The notes under the pieces are model-generated. The model worked only from the letters and a program-made list of their open reading frames with translations, made no database searches and was not told the DNA's origin. Both the position numbers and the translations under genes were made by a program. DNA of 64,000 nt from Mycobacterium sp. Lineage in GTDB: Bacteria; Actinomycetota; Actinomycetes; Mycobacteriales; Mycobacteriaceae. Location: positions 21,372 to 85,371 of the forward strand of contig JBEVFK010000097.1 in NCBI GenBank assembly GCA_040512325.1, in the 5' to 3' direction. How positions within the stretch are numbered: the stretch's first letter is position 1; the number at the start of each line of letters is the position of its first letter. This document shows, one piece after another, positions 10,402 through 20,001 of the stretch.

Positions 10402-11699
10402 GAGCTGATCCGATCGATGATGAGGGGACGTGACTCGGGAGCCTGATCCTGCACCACCCAGGCGCCGTCGAGTTCTGCCAGGGCGGGGCCGAATCTCTCG
10501 GGGGTGTCGGTGTGGAGCGTGAAGACGGGCTCACCGGCGGCGACGGGCTCGCCGGGCTTGCGGTGGATGTACAGCCCGGCGCCGGCCTGCACCTGCTCAC
10601 CCGGAGCCGCGCGGCCCGCGCCGAGCCGCCATACCGCCAGACCTATCGCCAACGCGTCGATGTCCCCCATTGTGCCGCTTCGGGCGGCGGTGACGGTCTC
10701 GGAATGAGCTGCCTTCGGCAGTGGTGCGGCCGCGTCCCCACCCTGGGCTGCCACGATGGCCCGGAAGCTGTCCATCGCGGTGCCGTCACGCAGGGTGTCG
10801 GCTGGGTCGCGGGCATCGAGACCGGCGAGTTCGAGCATCTCGCGGGCCAGCCCGACCGTCAGCTCCACCACGTCCGCGGGCCCGCCGCCGGCCAGCACCT
10901 CCAGCGACTCGGCGACCTCCACCGCGTTGCCGACCGCCCGCCCCAAGGGCGAGGCCATATCGGTCAACAGCGCTCGGGTCGGGATGCCGTGCGCGGCCCC
11001 CAGAGCCACCATGGTGCGCGCCAGCTCCCAGGATTCCTCCTCCTTCTTCAGGAAGGCACCCGAGCCGACCTTCACGTCGAGGACCAGCGCGCCTGCTCCT
11101 TCGGCGAGCTTTTTGCTCATGACCGAACTGGCGATCAACGGCAGCGATTCGGTGGTCGCGGTGATGTCGCGCAGGGCGTAGATCTTGCGATCGGCGGGGG
11201 CCAGGTCGCCTGCGGCGAAGATGGCGGCGCCCACCTCACACAATTGTTGGCGCACTTGAGCTTTACCGATCTCGGCGGTGAACCCTGGGATGGATTCCAG
11301 CTTGTCGAGCGTGCCGCCGGTATGGCCGAGTCCACGGCCGGCGGCTTGCGGCACCGCCGCCCCGCAGACGGCGACCACCGGGACCAGCGGAATGGTGATC
11401 TTGTCCCCCACGCCCCCGGTGGAATGTTTGTCGACCAAGCTCAGCGGTGCGCCGTCCCGGCGCAGGTCGCTGAAGTCCAGCCGTTCCCCCGAGGCGATCA
11501 TGGCGGCGGTCCAGCGGGCGATCTCGCCGCGGTCCATTCCGCGCAGGAAGATCGCCATCAGCAGCGCGGCCATCTGCTCGTCACCGACCCGGCCGTGGGT
11601 GTAGGCGTCGATCACCCAGTCGATCGCCTCGTCGGCGAGGCGCCCGCCGTCGCGCTTGGTTCGGATGACGGTAGGGGCGTCGAATGTGAACTGCGTCAC
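10398..11699 (-). CDS. deoA: thymidine phosphorylase
   Basis: [37 protein letters not shown]. Confidence 0.97.
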   Translation of the reverse strand: MTQFTFDAPTVIRTKRDGGRLADEAIDWVIDAYTHGRVGDEQMAALLMAIFLRGMDRGEIARWTAAMIASGERLDFSDLRRDGAPLSLVDKHSTGGVGDKITIPLVPVVAVCGAAVPQAAGRGLGHTGGTLDKLESIPGFTAEIGKAQVRQQLCEVGAAIFAAGDLAPADRKIYALRDITATTESLPLIASSVMSKKLAEGAGALVLDVKVGSGAFLKKEEESWELARTMVALGAAHGIPTRALLTDMASPLGRAVGNAVEVAESLEVLAGGGPADVVELTVGLAREMLELAGLDARDPADTLRDGTAMDSFRAIVAAQGGDAAAPLPKAAHSETVTAARSGTMGDIDALAIGLAVWRLGAGRAAPGEQVQAGAGLYIHRKPGEPVAAGEPVFTLHTDTPERFGPALAELDGAWVVQDQAPESRPLIIDRISS

Positions 11700-12112
11700 G
11701 AGGTTTGACTCCCGTCAATACGCCCCAGATCGTCGGGACCGAACGCGTCGGGCAGCAGCTCGGCCAACCGCTTGGGGCCCGCTGGGTGGGCGATCAACAT
11801 ATCGGGCCCGCCGTGCTCGTAGAGCAGTTGACGGCAGCGGCCACACGGCATCAGGAGTTCGCCGTCGGCGGCCACACAGGCCAGTGCGACCAGACGTCCG
11901 CCGCCCCCGGAATGCAGGGCGCAGACCACAGAACACTCCGCACAGAGACCCAGGCCATATGAGACATTCTCCACATTGCATCCGGCGACAACTCGCCCAT
12001 CGTCGACCAGAGCCGCCGCACCCACCGGAAACTTCGAGTACGGTGCATAGGCAGTCTTTGAAACTTTAATTGCCTTGTCCTGCAATAGTTTCCAGTCAAT
12101 TTTGGCTGGCAT
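11696..12112 (-). CDS. cdd: cytidine deaminase
   Basis: AYAPYSKFPVGAA, NVEN, CAEC and PCGRCRQ zinc motifs. Confidence 0.97.
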   Translation of the reverse strand: MPAKIDWKLLQDKAIKVSKTAYAPYSKFPVGAAALVDDGRVVAGCNVENVSYGLGLCAECSVVCALHSGGGGRLVALACVAADGELLMPCGRCRQLLYEHGGPDMLIAHPAGPKRLAELLPDAFGPDDLGRIDGSQTS

Positions 12113-12359
12113 TTACCCCACCGTTCCCTGTTTCTGAATCCATTCACCACGCACCTGTCCGGACCGGGCAATTCAGGAAGGACACCCTAACTTCCGCCCC
12201 CTGACCTCGCCAGGGACGGATTTGGCAATTCGTTCGCTAGTACAAATGGGATTAGAGTCCATCCGACGGTTGCCCGAAGCACAATTGGGTCATCCAAACA
12301 CCGCCACGCTGGGGTTGCTCGCATTGCTCCAGCGTCCACCAATGCAGTTGGAGGCGCTG

Positions 12360-12776
12360 ATGAGTACAGCGGCACCGGCACAGCCGGCCAAACAGGCGAA
12401 GCCGAACCGGCGCACCCTGTATCGCGGCGATCCAGGAATGTGGTCCTGGGTCCTGCACCGCATCACGGGTGCGACGATCTTCTTCTTCCTCTTCGTGCAC
12501 GTGCTCGACACCGCACTGGTGCGAGTGAGTCCGCAGGCCTACAACGAGGTCATCGAGACCTACAAGACGCCCATCGTCGGGTTGCTGGAGGTCGGACTGG
12601 TGGCCGCGGTGCTGTTCCACGCACTCAATGGCGTCCGCGTGATCCTCGTCGACTTCTGGGCCGAAGGTCCGCGTCACCAACGCAAGATGCTCGCCGGCGT
12701 CGCCGCCGTCTGGCTGCTGGTGATGGTGCCCGCCCTCGTGGTGATCGGCATGCACATGGCGGAGCGGTTCCTGTGA
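12360..12776 (+). CDS. sdhC: succinate dehydrogenase (Sdh2) cytochrome b subunit
   Basis: GMWSWVLHRITG, FHALNGVR; GGAGG RBS upstream. Confidence 0.95.
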   Translation: MSTAAPAQPAKQAKPNRRTLYRGDPGMWSWVLHRITGATIFFFLFVHVLDTALVRVSPQAYNEVIETYKTPIVGLLEVGLVAAVLFHALNGVRVILVDFWAEGPRHQRKMLAGVAAVWLLVMVPALVVIGMHMAERFL

Positions 12777-13240
12777 GCGCGCCTGATCGCCCCCGCGAGC
12801 GGCCCATCGCGCCCATCCTGGAGACCAGCTACGACCGGCCTGCCGGACTGGACAATCCGCGCGCCCCCCGGCGCCGCGGCGGCATGCCGAACTTCGAGAA
12901 GTACGCGTGGTTGTTCATGCGCTTCTCCGGCATCGTGCTGGTGTTCCTGGCCCTCGGCCATCTGTTCATCATGCTGATGTGGCAGAACGGCGTGTACCGG
13001 ATCGATTTCAACTATGTGGCACAGCGCTGGGCATCACCGTTCTGGCAGACCTGGGACCTGATGCTGCTCTGGCTGGCTCAATTGCACGGCGGTAATGGCA
13101 TGCGCACGATCATCGCCGACTACACCCGTAAAGACTCGACACGGTTCTGGCTGAACACCCTGCTGGGGCTGTCGATGATCTTCACGCTGGTACTCGGCAC
13201 CTACGTGCTGCTGACGTTCGACGCGAACATCGGGAGTTAA
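12773..13240 (+). CDS. sdhD: succinate dehydrogenase membrane anchor
   Basis: AWLFMRFSG...HGGNGMR; GTGA overlap with sdhC. Confidence 0.93.
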   Translation: MSAPDRPRERPIAPILETSYDRPAGLDNPRAPRRRGGMPNFEKYAWLFMRFSGIVLVFLALGHLFIMLMWQNGVYRIDFNYVAQRWASPFWQTWDLMLLWLAQLHGGNGMRTIIADYTRKDSTRFWLNTLLGLSMIFTLVLGTYVLLTFDANIGS

Positions 13241-13243
13241 TAC

Positions 13244-14998
13244 ATGATTCAGGAACATCGCTACGACGTCGTGATCATCGGCGCCGGCGGCGCAGGCATG
13301 CGCGCGGCCGTCGAAGCCGGACCCCGCGCCCGCACCGCCGTGCTGACCAAGCTGTACCCGACGCGGTCGCACACCGGCGCCGCCCAGGGCGGCATGTGCG
13401 CGGCCCTGGCCAACGTCGAGGACGACAACTGGGAGTGGCACACCTTCGACACCGTCAAGGGCGGCGACTACCTCGCCGACCAGGACGCGGTCGAGATCAT
13501 GTGCAAGGAAGCCATCGACGCGGTGCTGGATCTCGAGAAGATGGGGATGCCGTTCAACCGCACCCCGGAGGGCCGCATCGACCAGCGCCGCTTCGGTGGT
13601 CACACCCGCGATCACGGCAAGGCGCCGGTACGCCGGGCCTGTTACGCCGCCGACCGCACCGGTCACATGATCCTGCAGACGCTCTACCAAAACTGCGTCA
13701 AGCACGACGTCGAGTTCTTCAACGAGTTCTACGCCCTGGACATCTCGCTGACCGAGACGCCCAACGGCCCGGTGGCCACCGGCGTCATCGCCTACGAGTT
13801 GGCCACCGGTGACATCCACATCTTCCACGCCAAGGCGATCGTCTTCGCCACGGGCGGGTCGGGCCGGATGTACAAGACCACCTCCAATGCGCACACCCTG
13901 ACCGGCGACGGCCTGGGCATCGTGTTCCGCAAGGGACTCCCGTTGGAGGACATGGAATTCCACCAGTTCCATCCGACCGGTCTGGCGGGCCTGGGCATCT
14001 TGATCTCCGAAGCCGTGCGCGGCGAGGGCGGCCGGTTGCTCAACGCCGACGGTGAACGCTTCATGGAACGCTATGCGCCCACGATCGTCGACCTGGCACC
14101 ACGCGATATCGTCGCGCGGTCCATGGTGCTCGAAGTGCTCGAGGGCCGCGGCGCCGGACCGAACAAGGATTACGTCTACATCGACGTGCGCCACCTCGGC
14201 GCCGACGTGCTCGAGGCGAAGCTGCCCGACATCACCGAGTTCGCCCGCACGTATCTGGGTGTGGACCCGGTGACCGAGCTCGTGCCCGTCTACCCCACCT
14301 GCCACTACGTCATGGGCGGTATCCCGACCACGATCAACGGCCAGGTACTGCGCGACAACGACAACGTCATCCCCGGCCTGTACGCCGCCGGTGAGTGCGC
14401 GTGTGTCTCGGTGCACGGAGCGAACCGGCTGGGCACCAACTCACTGCTGGACATCAACGTGTTCGGCCGTCGGGCCGGCATCGCTGCCGCCGCCTACGCC
14501 CAGGGTCATGACTTCGTGGACCTCCCGGAGGGGCCGGCGGAGATGGTGGTCGGCTGGGTGGGCGACATCCTCTCCGAACACGGCCACGAGCGCGTCGCCG
14601 ACATCCGCGGCGAGTTGCAGCAGTCGATGGACAACAACGCCGCGGTGTTCCGCACCGAGGAGACCCTCAAGCAGGCGTTGACCGACATCCATGCGCTCAA
14701 GGAGCGGTACTCGCGAATCACCGTGCACGACAAGGGGAAGCGCTACAACAGCGATCTCCTGGAGGCCATCGAACTCGGCTTCCTGCTGGAGCTGGCCGAG
14801 GTCACCGTCGTGGGTGCGTTGAACCGCAAGGAATCTCGCGGCGGCCACGCCCGCGAGGACTACCCCAACCGCGACGACACCAACTACATGCGCCACACCA
14901 TGGCCTACAAAGACGGTCCTGACCTACTGAGCGATATCCGGCTGGACTACAAGCCCGTGGTCCAAACCCGCTACGAGCCGATGGAACGGAAGTACTGA
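13244..14998 (+). CDS. sdhA: succinate dehydrogenase flavoprotein
   Basis: GAGGAG, RSHTGAAQGG, QFHPT, HYVMGG, HGANRLGTNSL. Confidence 0.98.
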   Translation: MIQEHRYDVVIIGAGGAGMRAAVEAGPRARTAVLTKLYPTRSHTGAAQGGMCAALANVEDDNWEWHTFDTVKGGDYLADQDAVEIMCKEAIDAVLDLEKMGMPFNRTPEGRIDQRRFGGHTRDHGKAPVRRACYAADRTGHMILQTLYQNCVKHDVEFFNEFYALDISLTETPNGPVATGVIAYELATGDIHIFHAKAIVFATGGSGRMYKTTSNAHTLTGDGLGIVFRKGLPLEDMEFHQFHPTGLAGLGILISEAVRGEGGRLLNADGERFMERYAPTIVDLAPRDIVARSMVLEVLEGRGAGPNKDYVYIDVRHLGADVLEAKLPDITEFARTYLGVDPVTELVPVYPTCHYVMGGIPTTINGQVLRDNDNVIPGLYAAGECACVSVHGANRLGTNSLLDINVFGRRAGIAAAAYAQGHDFVDLPEGPAEMVVGWVGDILSEHGHERVADIRGELQQSMDNNAAVFRTEETLKQALTDIHALKERYSRITVHDKGKRYNSDLLEAIELGFLLELAEVTVVGALNRKESRGGHAREDYPNRDDTNYMRHTMAYKDGPDLLSDIRLDYKPVVQTRYEPMERKY

Positions 14999-15000
14999 GC

Positions 15001-15783
15001 ATGACTGCTGTTCTCGACAAGCCCGAAGCCGGAGATCCACCGCTGCCTCCCATTCCGGAAGAAGCGGTGATGGTCACCCTCAAGATCTCGCGCTTCAACC
15101 CGGAAAACCCTGATGGCGCGGGCTTTCAGAGTTTCCGCGTGCCGTGTCTGCCGACCGACCGGCTGCTCAACCTGCTCACCTACGTGAAGAGCTACCTCGA
15201 CGGCTCGCTGACCTTCCGCCGGTCGTGTGCGCACGGCGTCTGCGGCTCGGACGCCATGCGGATCAACGGTGTCAACCGGCTGGCCTGCAAGGTGCTGATG
15301 CGGGACATGTTGCCGAAGAAGGCAGGCAAGCAGCTCACCATCACCATCGAGCCCATCCGCGGCCTGCCTGTGGAGAAGGACCTCATCGTCAACATGGAGC
15401 CGTTCTTCGACGCGTTCCGCGCGGTGAAGCCGTTCCTGATCGCCAGTGGCAATGCGCCCACCCGCGAGCGCATCCAGAGCCAGACCGACCGCGCCCGCTA
15501 CGACGACACCACCAAGTGCATCCTCTGCGCCTGCTGCACCACCAGTTGCCCGGTGTTCTGGAGCGAGGGTTCGTACTTCGGGCCGGCGGCGATCGTCAAC
15601 GCGCACCGGTTCATCTTCGATTCGCGTGACGAAGCCGCCGCCGAGCGGCTCGACATCCTCAACGAGGTCGACGGGGTGTGGCGCTGCCGCACCACGTTCA
15701 ACTGCACCGAGGCCTGCCCCCGCGGCATCGAGGTCACCAAGGCGATCCAAGAGGTCAAGCGCGCGTTGATGTTCGCCCGCTAG
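15001..15783 (+). CDS. sdhB: succinate dehydrogenase Fe-S subunit
   Basis: SCAHGVCGSD, CILCACCTTSCP, CRTTFNCTEACP. Confidence 0.98.
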   Translation: MTAVLDKPEAGDPPLPPIPEEAVMVTLKISRFNPENPDGAGFQSFRVPCLPTDRLLNLLTYVKSYLDGSLTFRRSCAHGVCGSDAMRINGVNRLACKVLMRDMLPKKAGKQLTITIEPIRGLPVEKDLIVNMEPFFDAFRAVKPFLIASGNAPTRERIQSQTDRARYDDTTKCILCACCTTSCPVFWSEGSYFGPAAIVNAHRFIFDSRDEAAAERLDILNEVDGVWRCRTTFNCTEACPRGIEVTKAIQEVKRALMFAR

Positions 15784-15802
15784 CTTTTCTCCCTCCCTCT
15801 TC

Positions 15803-15862
15803 CGCGAGCGTGCGTGTTTGTACGTCAACACGCCGCAGATCTTGTACAAGACCGTGCGCTCA
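15803..15862 (+). repeat. REP-like imperfect palindrome, type A
   Basis: CGCGAGCGTGCG..TTGTAC GTCAACACGCCG..TGTACAA..GTGCGCTCA; a 22-nt core is identical to the reverse complement of 19898-19919. Confidence 0.8.
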
Positions 15863-15930
15863 AGCACGGTATCCACAGCGCGCAGACTTGCTGACTACCT
15901 CAGCACCAGTAGCCGTCGCAGCATGCGTGA

Positions 15931-16815
15931 ATGTTTCACGAGCTTCGCCGTCTTCTCGCCAGCCGAGGTGGAGTCGCTACCTCCGCGCAGATTCTCGATG
16001 TGATCAGCCGTCGCACCATGGAGTCCGCCCTCAACCGCGGCGACCTCTGGAAAGTGTGGCCCGGCGTCTACAGTGACGCTGAACCCGACGCTTTTCTTCG
16101 ACTTCGCGGCCTAGATCTCCGTGCCGGTGAACCAGTGGCGATCTGCCTCGGAACGGCCGCAACAGCGTTCGGCTTCGATACCGAGGACGTCATCGACATT
16201 CACGTCTTGAACCCCGACGGGCATCTTTTGCGGGACAGCGACGGCTTGGTGATCCACCGCCGCGAGGGCGCGCCACTGGTGATGATCGAGGGTCGGTTTT
16301 CGACGGCACCCGCCTGGACGGCCGTGGAAGTGGCGCGTGGTCTGCGTCGCCCCCGTGCGCTTGCGACACTGGACGCCGCGCTGCGCAGCGGCACGTGCAC
16401 CCCAGCGGCGTTGACGGTTGCCGCGGCTCAGCAGAAGGGTCGCCGCGGCATCGTCCATGTTCGTGAGCTGATACCGCTGGCCCGGCCGGAGGCGGAGTCG
16501 CCAATGGAAAGCGAAGCGCGTCTGGCGATGTACGACGGCGGGTTGCCCGATCCGGAACTCCAGTACGAAATCATCGACCGAGACGGCCGGTTGTGGCGAG
16601 TCGACTTCGCCTGGCCCGATCAGATGCTGGCGGTCGAATACGACGGCTATGACTGGCATTCCGGACCCGAAGACTTCACGAAGGACCGGCAGAAGCAGGC
16701 TGCGTTGACCGAACTCGGTTGGACAGTGATGTCGATCGTCTCCGATGACGTGCGCAAACGCAGGCGGGAAATGGTGCGACGGATTGATCACCAGTTGGCC
16801 ACGAAGGCAGCGTGA
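15931..16815 (+). CDS. AbiEi-like N-terminus plus DUF559/Vsr-like PD-(D/E)xK endonuclease domain protein
   Basis: GGVATSAQIL..VWPGVY, AESPMESEARL, PELQYEI..RVDFAWP..LAVEYDG..WH..DRQKQAALTELGWTV. Confidence 0.85.
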   Translation: MFHELRRLLASRGGVATSAQILDVISRRTMESALNRGDLWKVWPGVYSDAEPDAFLRLRGLDLRAGEPVAICLGTAATAFGFDTEDVIDIHVLNPDGHLLRDSDGLVIHRREGAPLVMIEGRFSTAPAWTAVEVARGLRRPRALATLDAALRSGTCTPAALTVAAAQQKGRRGIVHVRELIPLARPEAESPMESEARLAMYDGGLPDPELQYEIIDRDGRLWRVDFAWPDQMLAVEYDGYDWHSGPEDFTKDRQKQAALTELGWTVMSIVSDDVRKRRREMVRRIDHQLATKAA

Positions 16816-17044
16816 GTGCGACAGCTTGTCGCGCCTGTAACATTTTCACCCACAGTCGGTCGGTCGTGCGGTCAGACTGACGAAGCCAAGTACCCGCAGC
16901 AAGCGCGACGTGGCGATTCGACGAGAATCTGGGACGATGCTTCTGTCGGCACCTCGAGGTGCGTGCACACATGAGTCGTACGCGGGGTCTTTGGAGTAGG
17001 CGGCTACTCGCTTCAGGCGGCCCCTGGACAGAGACAATCGGTCC

Positions 17045-17452
17045 ATGACCCCGCAGCGCGTGATCTTCCACTTGGCGACAGCGTTAATTGTCGCGTGCGT
17101 CGGTTGTAGCTCCACAGGGATACCAGGCGTTGACGAGGCACCTCCAAGCCCAGTTTCTGATCCACCCTCTGTGCTCAATCCCGTCCCCGGTGTCCCTCCC
17201 GCGCCGCCGGGCCCAGCCGGACGGGGCGTGCCGCCCGATCCATCTCAGACGACCAGCCCGGGAAGCCAACCATCAGCAATCCCCGGGGTACCTCCGGCGC
17301 CGCCGACACTGGTTCCGCAAGAGGAGGGCACCAGTTCAGCGCCTCCGACGACCGCCGACGCGATACCCAGTGACGGCCCGGTCTCTGGTGCCCATGTTGG
17401 ACTTCCCACCACCGACGCACCATTTCCGTATCCGAGCTTCAATGCAGAGTGA
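17045..17452 (+). CDS. proline-rich putative lipoprotein
   Basis: Hydrophobic leader ending IVACVGC (lipobox-like); two PGVPPAPP repeats. Confidence 0.5.
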   Translation: MTPQRVIFHLATALIVACVGCSSTGIPGVDEAPPSPVSDPPSVLNPVPGVPPAPPGPAGRGVPPDPSQTTSPGSQPSAIPGVPPAPPTLVPQEEGTSSAPPTTADAIPSDGPVSGAHVGLPTTDAPFPYPSFNAE

Positions 17453-17456
17453 CGTC

Positions 17457-18308
17457 ATGACGACCGAACAACCTCCCGACCTACGGTCGGAGGTGAAATC
17501 TTTCCTTGAAATGGCCGCGCTGATAGCGAGTTTCGGAGCTTTCCTGTCTGCGTTGTTGATTTATTTTGGGTGGACAAGGACTCGCGTGCTCTTTGGGCAC
17601 TTCGGCGTACCAGTCAGCCTCCTTCAATACAGCAGCACCGAATACCTGCTTCGTAGCGCGGAGATCCTGTTCAAGCCGGCGATCTGGACCATCCTGGCAC
17701 TTGCCGCGTTAGTAGCAACTTCCGTAGCAGCGATTCGAGTGGAACGCACCCAATCGGCTTCCACATCAGTGCGATTCGCTGTCAGAGCCGCCCTTGCGAT
17801 AGCCACCCTCGGATGCCTCGTGTACGGGCTTATGGCACTCGACGAGTCAGCAGATGCAAGCAGTGGTTCAGTATTACTTTGCGTCGCTGGGGCCCTGACT
17901 GTCCTGCAGTACGTGCACTATCACGTTCTTGCCGGCGTGCAACCGCCGAAAACGATGCTTGCTGTTGGTGTCCTGATGACTCTGGCCGCGACCTTCTGGG
18001 CCGTGTCGATCTACGCAAAACGCCTCGGAGACACTTTTGCGGAGAATGTTGAGGCCGGACACTCGTCGCTCGCGTATGCGGTCGTCCACAGCACAACAGA
18101 TCTGGGGATAGCCGGGCAGCAGGGCAGAAACTGTAAAGCTCCACAGGGTGGCGGCGAGTGTCGCTTCATTTACAACTCATATCGGCTACTTACCTACGCC
18201 AATCAACGGTGGATCCTGATCCAGGAACCATGGTCAACGGGATCACCCACGGTGATCCTGCCGGACATTGATTCTGTGCGGGTGGAACTCACCCCGGTCG
18301 CGCCTTGA
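17457..18308 (+). CDS. uncharacterised multi-pass membrane protein
   Basis: About 5 hydrophobic segments, YFGWTRTR..FG..EYLLRS, soluble C-terminal tail; lower GC than neighbours by eye. Confidence 0.7.
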   Translation: MTTEQPPDLRSEVKSFLEMAALIASFGAFLSALLIYFGWTRTRVLFGHFGVPVSLLQYSSTEYLLRSAEILFKPAIWTILALAALVATSVAAIRVERTQSASTSVRFAVRAALAIATLGCLVYGLMALDESADASSGSVLLCVAGALTVLQYVHYHVLAGVQPPKTMLAVGVLMTLAATFWAVSIYAKRLGDTFAENVEAGHSSLAYAVVHSTTDLGIAGQQGRNCKAPQGGGECRFIYNSYRLLTYANQRWILIQEPWSTGSPTVILPDIDSVRVELTPVAP

Positions 18309-18404
18309 CGTCGCGCTCCAGGGTGGACGCAGGTTTTCTGACTACATGCAACCGCCGTGTGGGCCGGGACTCGCAACCCCTGCGGGAGGTACCCAACGCT
18401 GGGT

Positions 18405-19268
18405 TCAGAGGCGGCGGGACAGGAAGTCGCGGATCAGCGCCACCACCTCGTCGAGTGCGCTCTCGAGCAGGAAGTGGCCGCCGTCGAGCAGGTGGATCTC
18501 CGCATCGACGGCATCGTCGGCGAAGGCGCGGGCGCCGTCCGGCCCGAAGAACGGATCCTTGTCACCCCACACCGCAAGCACGGGAACGCCACTGGTGCGC
18601 AAATATTCGTGCAGCGCCGGGTACATCCGGGGATTCGAGGCGTAGTCGAGGAAGAGCTTCAGCTGGATCTCGGTACTGCCCGGGCGCGACAGCAGGGCGA
18701 AGTCGTGATGCCAGGTGTCCGGGCTGACGATGCTCTCGTCGGGCACCCCGCCCAGGTACTGGAACCTGGTGGCCTCGAACGAGAGGAATTCCCGCAGCGG
18801 CGCTTCGGTCTCGGCCGTCTGCTCGCGTTGGTAGGCCCACACTCCCTCCCACCCGGCGGGGACGAAGCCGGCGTCGTAGCCGTTGCCGTTCTGGGTGATG
18901 ATCGCGGTGACGGCCGAAGGATCGCGCAGTGCCAGGCGCCAGCCCACGGGAGCGCCGTAGTCCTGCACGTACATCGAGTACCGCGTAATTCCGAGATGCT
19001 CGAGCAAGCCTGCCGTGAACTCGGCGAGCGCGTCGAAGGTGTAGTCGAACTCGTCGACCGACGGCGCATCGGAGTACCCGAAGCCAAGGAAGTCGGGCGC
19101 GATCACGTGATACTGGTCGGCCAGGTCCGGGATGAGGTTGCGGAACATGAAGGAACTGGTCGGAAAGCCATGGAGCAGAACGATGGTGGGCGCATCGACA
19201 GCGCCGGCCTCGCGGTAGAAGATCTGGCGGCCGGCGATGGTCGCGTGCTGATGATGCACCACAGTCAT
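18405..19268 (-). CDS. alpha/beta hydrolase (epoxide hydrolase/dehalogenase-like)
   Basis: LLHGFPTSS, APDFLGFG, VQDYGAPVG (Asp nucleophile), GGHFLLE. Confidence 0.9.
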   Translation of the reverse strand: MTVVHHQHATIAGRQIFYREAGAVDAPTIVLLHGFPTSSFMFRNLIPDLADQYHVIAPDFLGFGYSDAPSVDEFDYTFDALAEFTAGLLEHLGITRYSMYVQDYGAPVGWRLALRDPSAVTAIITQNGNGYDAGFVPAGWEGVWAYQREQTAETEAPLREFLSFEATRFQYLGGVPDESIVSPDTWHHDFALLSRPGSTEIQLKLFLDYASNPRMYPALHEYLRTSGVPVLAVWGDKDPFFGPDGARAFADDAVDAEIHLLDGGHFLLESALDEVVALIRDFLSRRL

Positions 19269-19271
19269 GAC

Positions 19272-19350
19272 TAACTCCTAAAACTACATTTGAAGGTTAT
19301 GCACATAGAACCCCTCCCGATGTAACCTGTCAATAGTTCTTTGGAGGTTA
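19272..19350. promoter_or_regulatory. two TAAC-N20-GTTA boxes in a divergent promoter
   Basis: Boxes at 19272-19299 and 19323-19350, both ending TTTG(A/G)AGGTTA. Confidence 0.55.
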
Positions 19351-19353
19351 GAT

Positions 19354-19875
19354 ATGGACGTGGCTGTCACCACCGCCGACGATGAGGCGCTGTTGCTCGC
19401 TCTACTCAATACAACGCCGGTGATCGACGGCTCTCCCACCGACACTCTCGCCGACTTCAGCGCCGCCGCAGAGTGGATGAGCGAGCGCGGCATTCCCGCG
19501 CACAGATCGCAGTGGGCCGCGCTCATCGAAGCGCGGGAGGTACTGCAGGCAGTCACCCGTGGCGACCGACCACCGTCGATGCTGGAGACGATCGTTGTTG
19601 GCACACAACTGGTTCCAACCTTCTCCGAGGACGGGATCGACTGGCAACTCACCGTCGACGGCCCCACCTCCGGCGCGGTCCGGGCGGCGCTGGCCTGGGA
19701 CGGCTTGCGCATCAACAGCCCGGGCCGGCTACGACCGTGCGCCAACACCGAATGTCACCTGTTCCTGATCGATCGCAGCAAGCCCAACACCGCCCGCTGG
19801 TGCTCGATGGCCGTCTGCGGTAACCGGATGAAAGCGCGGCGACACTACAGCCGGACCTCCGCCGAGCGGGGGTGA
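19354..19875 (+). CDS. ABATE/CGNR zinc-finger protein
   Basis: LLALLNT; RLRPCANTECHLFLIDRSKPNTARWCSMAVCGNRMKARRH. Confidence 0.92.
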   Translation: MDVAVTTADDEALLLALLNTTPVIDGSPTDTLADFSAAAEWMSERGIPAHRSQWAALIEAREVLQAVTRGDRPPSMLETIVVGTQLVPTFSEDGIDWQLTVDGPTSGAVRAALAWDGLRINSPGRLRPCANTECHLFLIDRSKPNTARWCSMAVCGNRMKARRHYSRTSAERG

Positions 19876-19955
19876 GCGCACAGATCTGTACACAAAGTGC
19901 GGCGTGTTGACGTACAAACCCGCTCGCTCGGCAAGCGGGAGGTACCCCCCAGCTC
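19873..19955 (-). repeat. REP-like type A copy (inverted) fused to a GAGCTGGGGG-type motif
   Basis: Reverse complement reads GAGCTGGGGGGTACCTCCCGCTTGC CGAGCGAGCGGGTTTGTACGTCAACACGCCGCA..TGTACA..GTGCGCTCA. Confidence 0.8.
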
Positions 19956-19967
19956 AGCAGAACCTCC

Positions 19968-19993
19968 GTCACACATCGGCAGGCAGTCTCGTC
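19968..19993 (+). promoter_or_regulatory. ECF41 (SigJ)-type promoter of the CMD gene
   Basis: GTCACA-N16-CGTC, 8 nt before ATG 20002; matches the ECF41 consensus TGTCACA-N16-CGTC. Confidence 0.8.
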
Positions 19994-20001
19994 CAAGAGA
20001 T

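Noticed and set aside
15869-15877. DnaA-box-like GTATCCACA upstream of the DUF559 gene
   Set aside because: A single imperfect 9-mer with no cluster and no origin context.
15931-16815. Type IV toxin-antitoxin (AbiEi/AbiEii) system
   Set aside because: No AbiEii nucleotidyltransferase partner is adjacent.
15803-19931. Classical IS or composite transposon
   Set aside because: No DDE, HUH or recombinase gene and no target-site duplication are visible; kept only as the REP/nuclease hypothesis.
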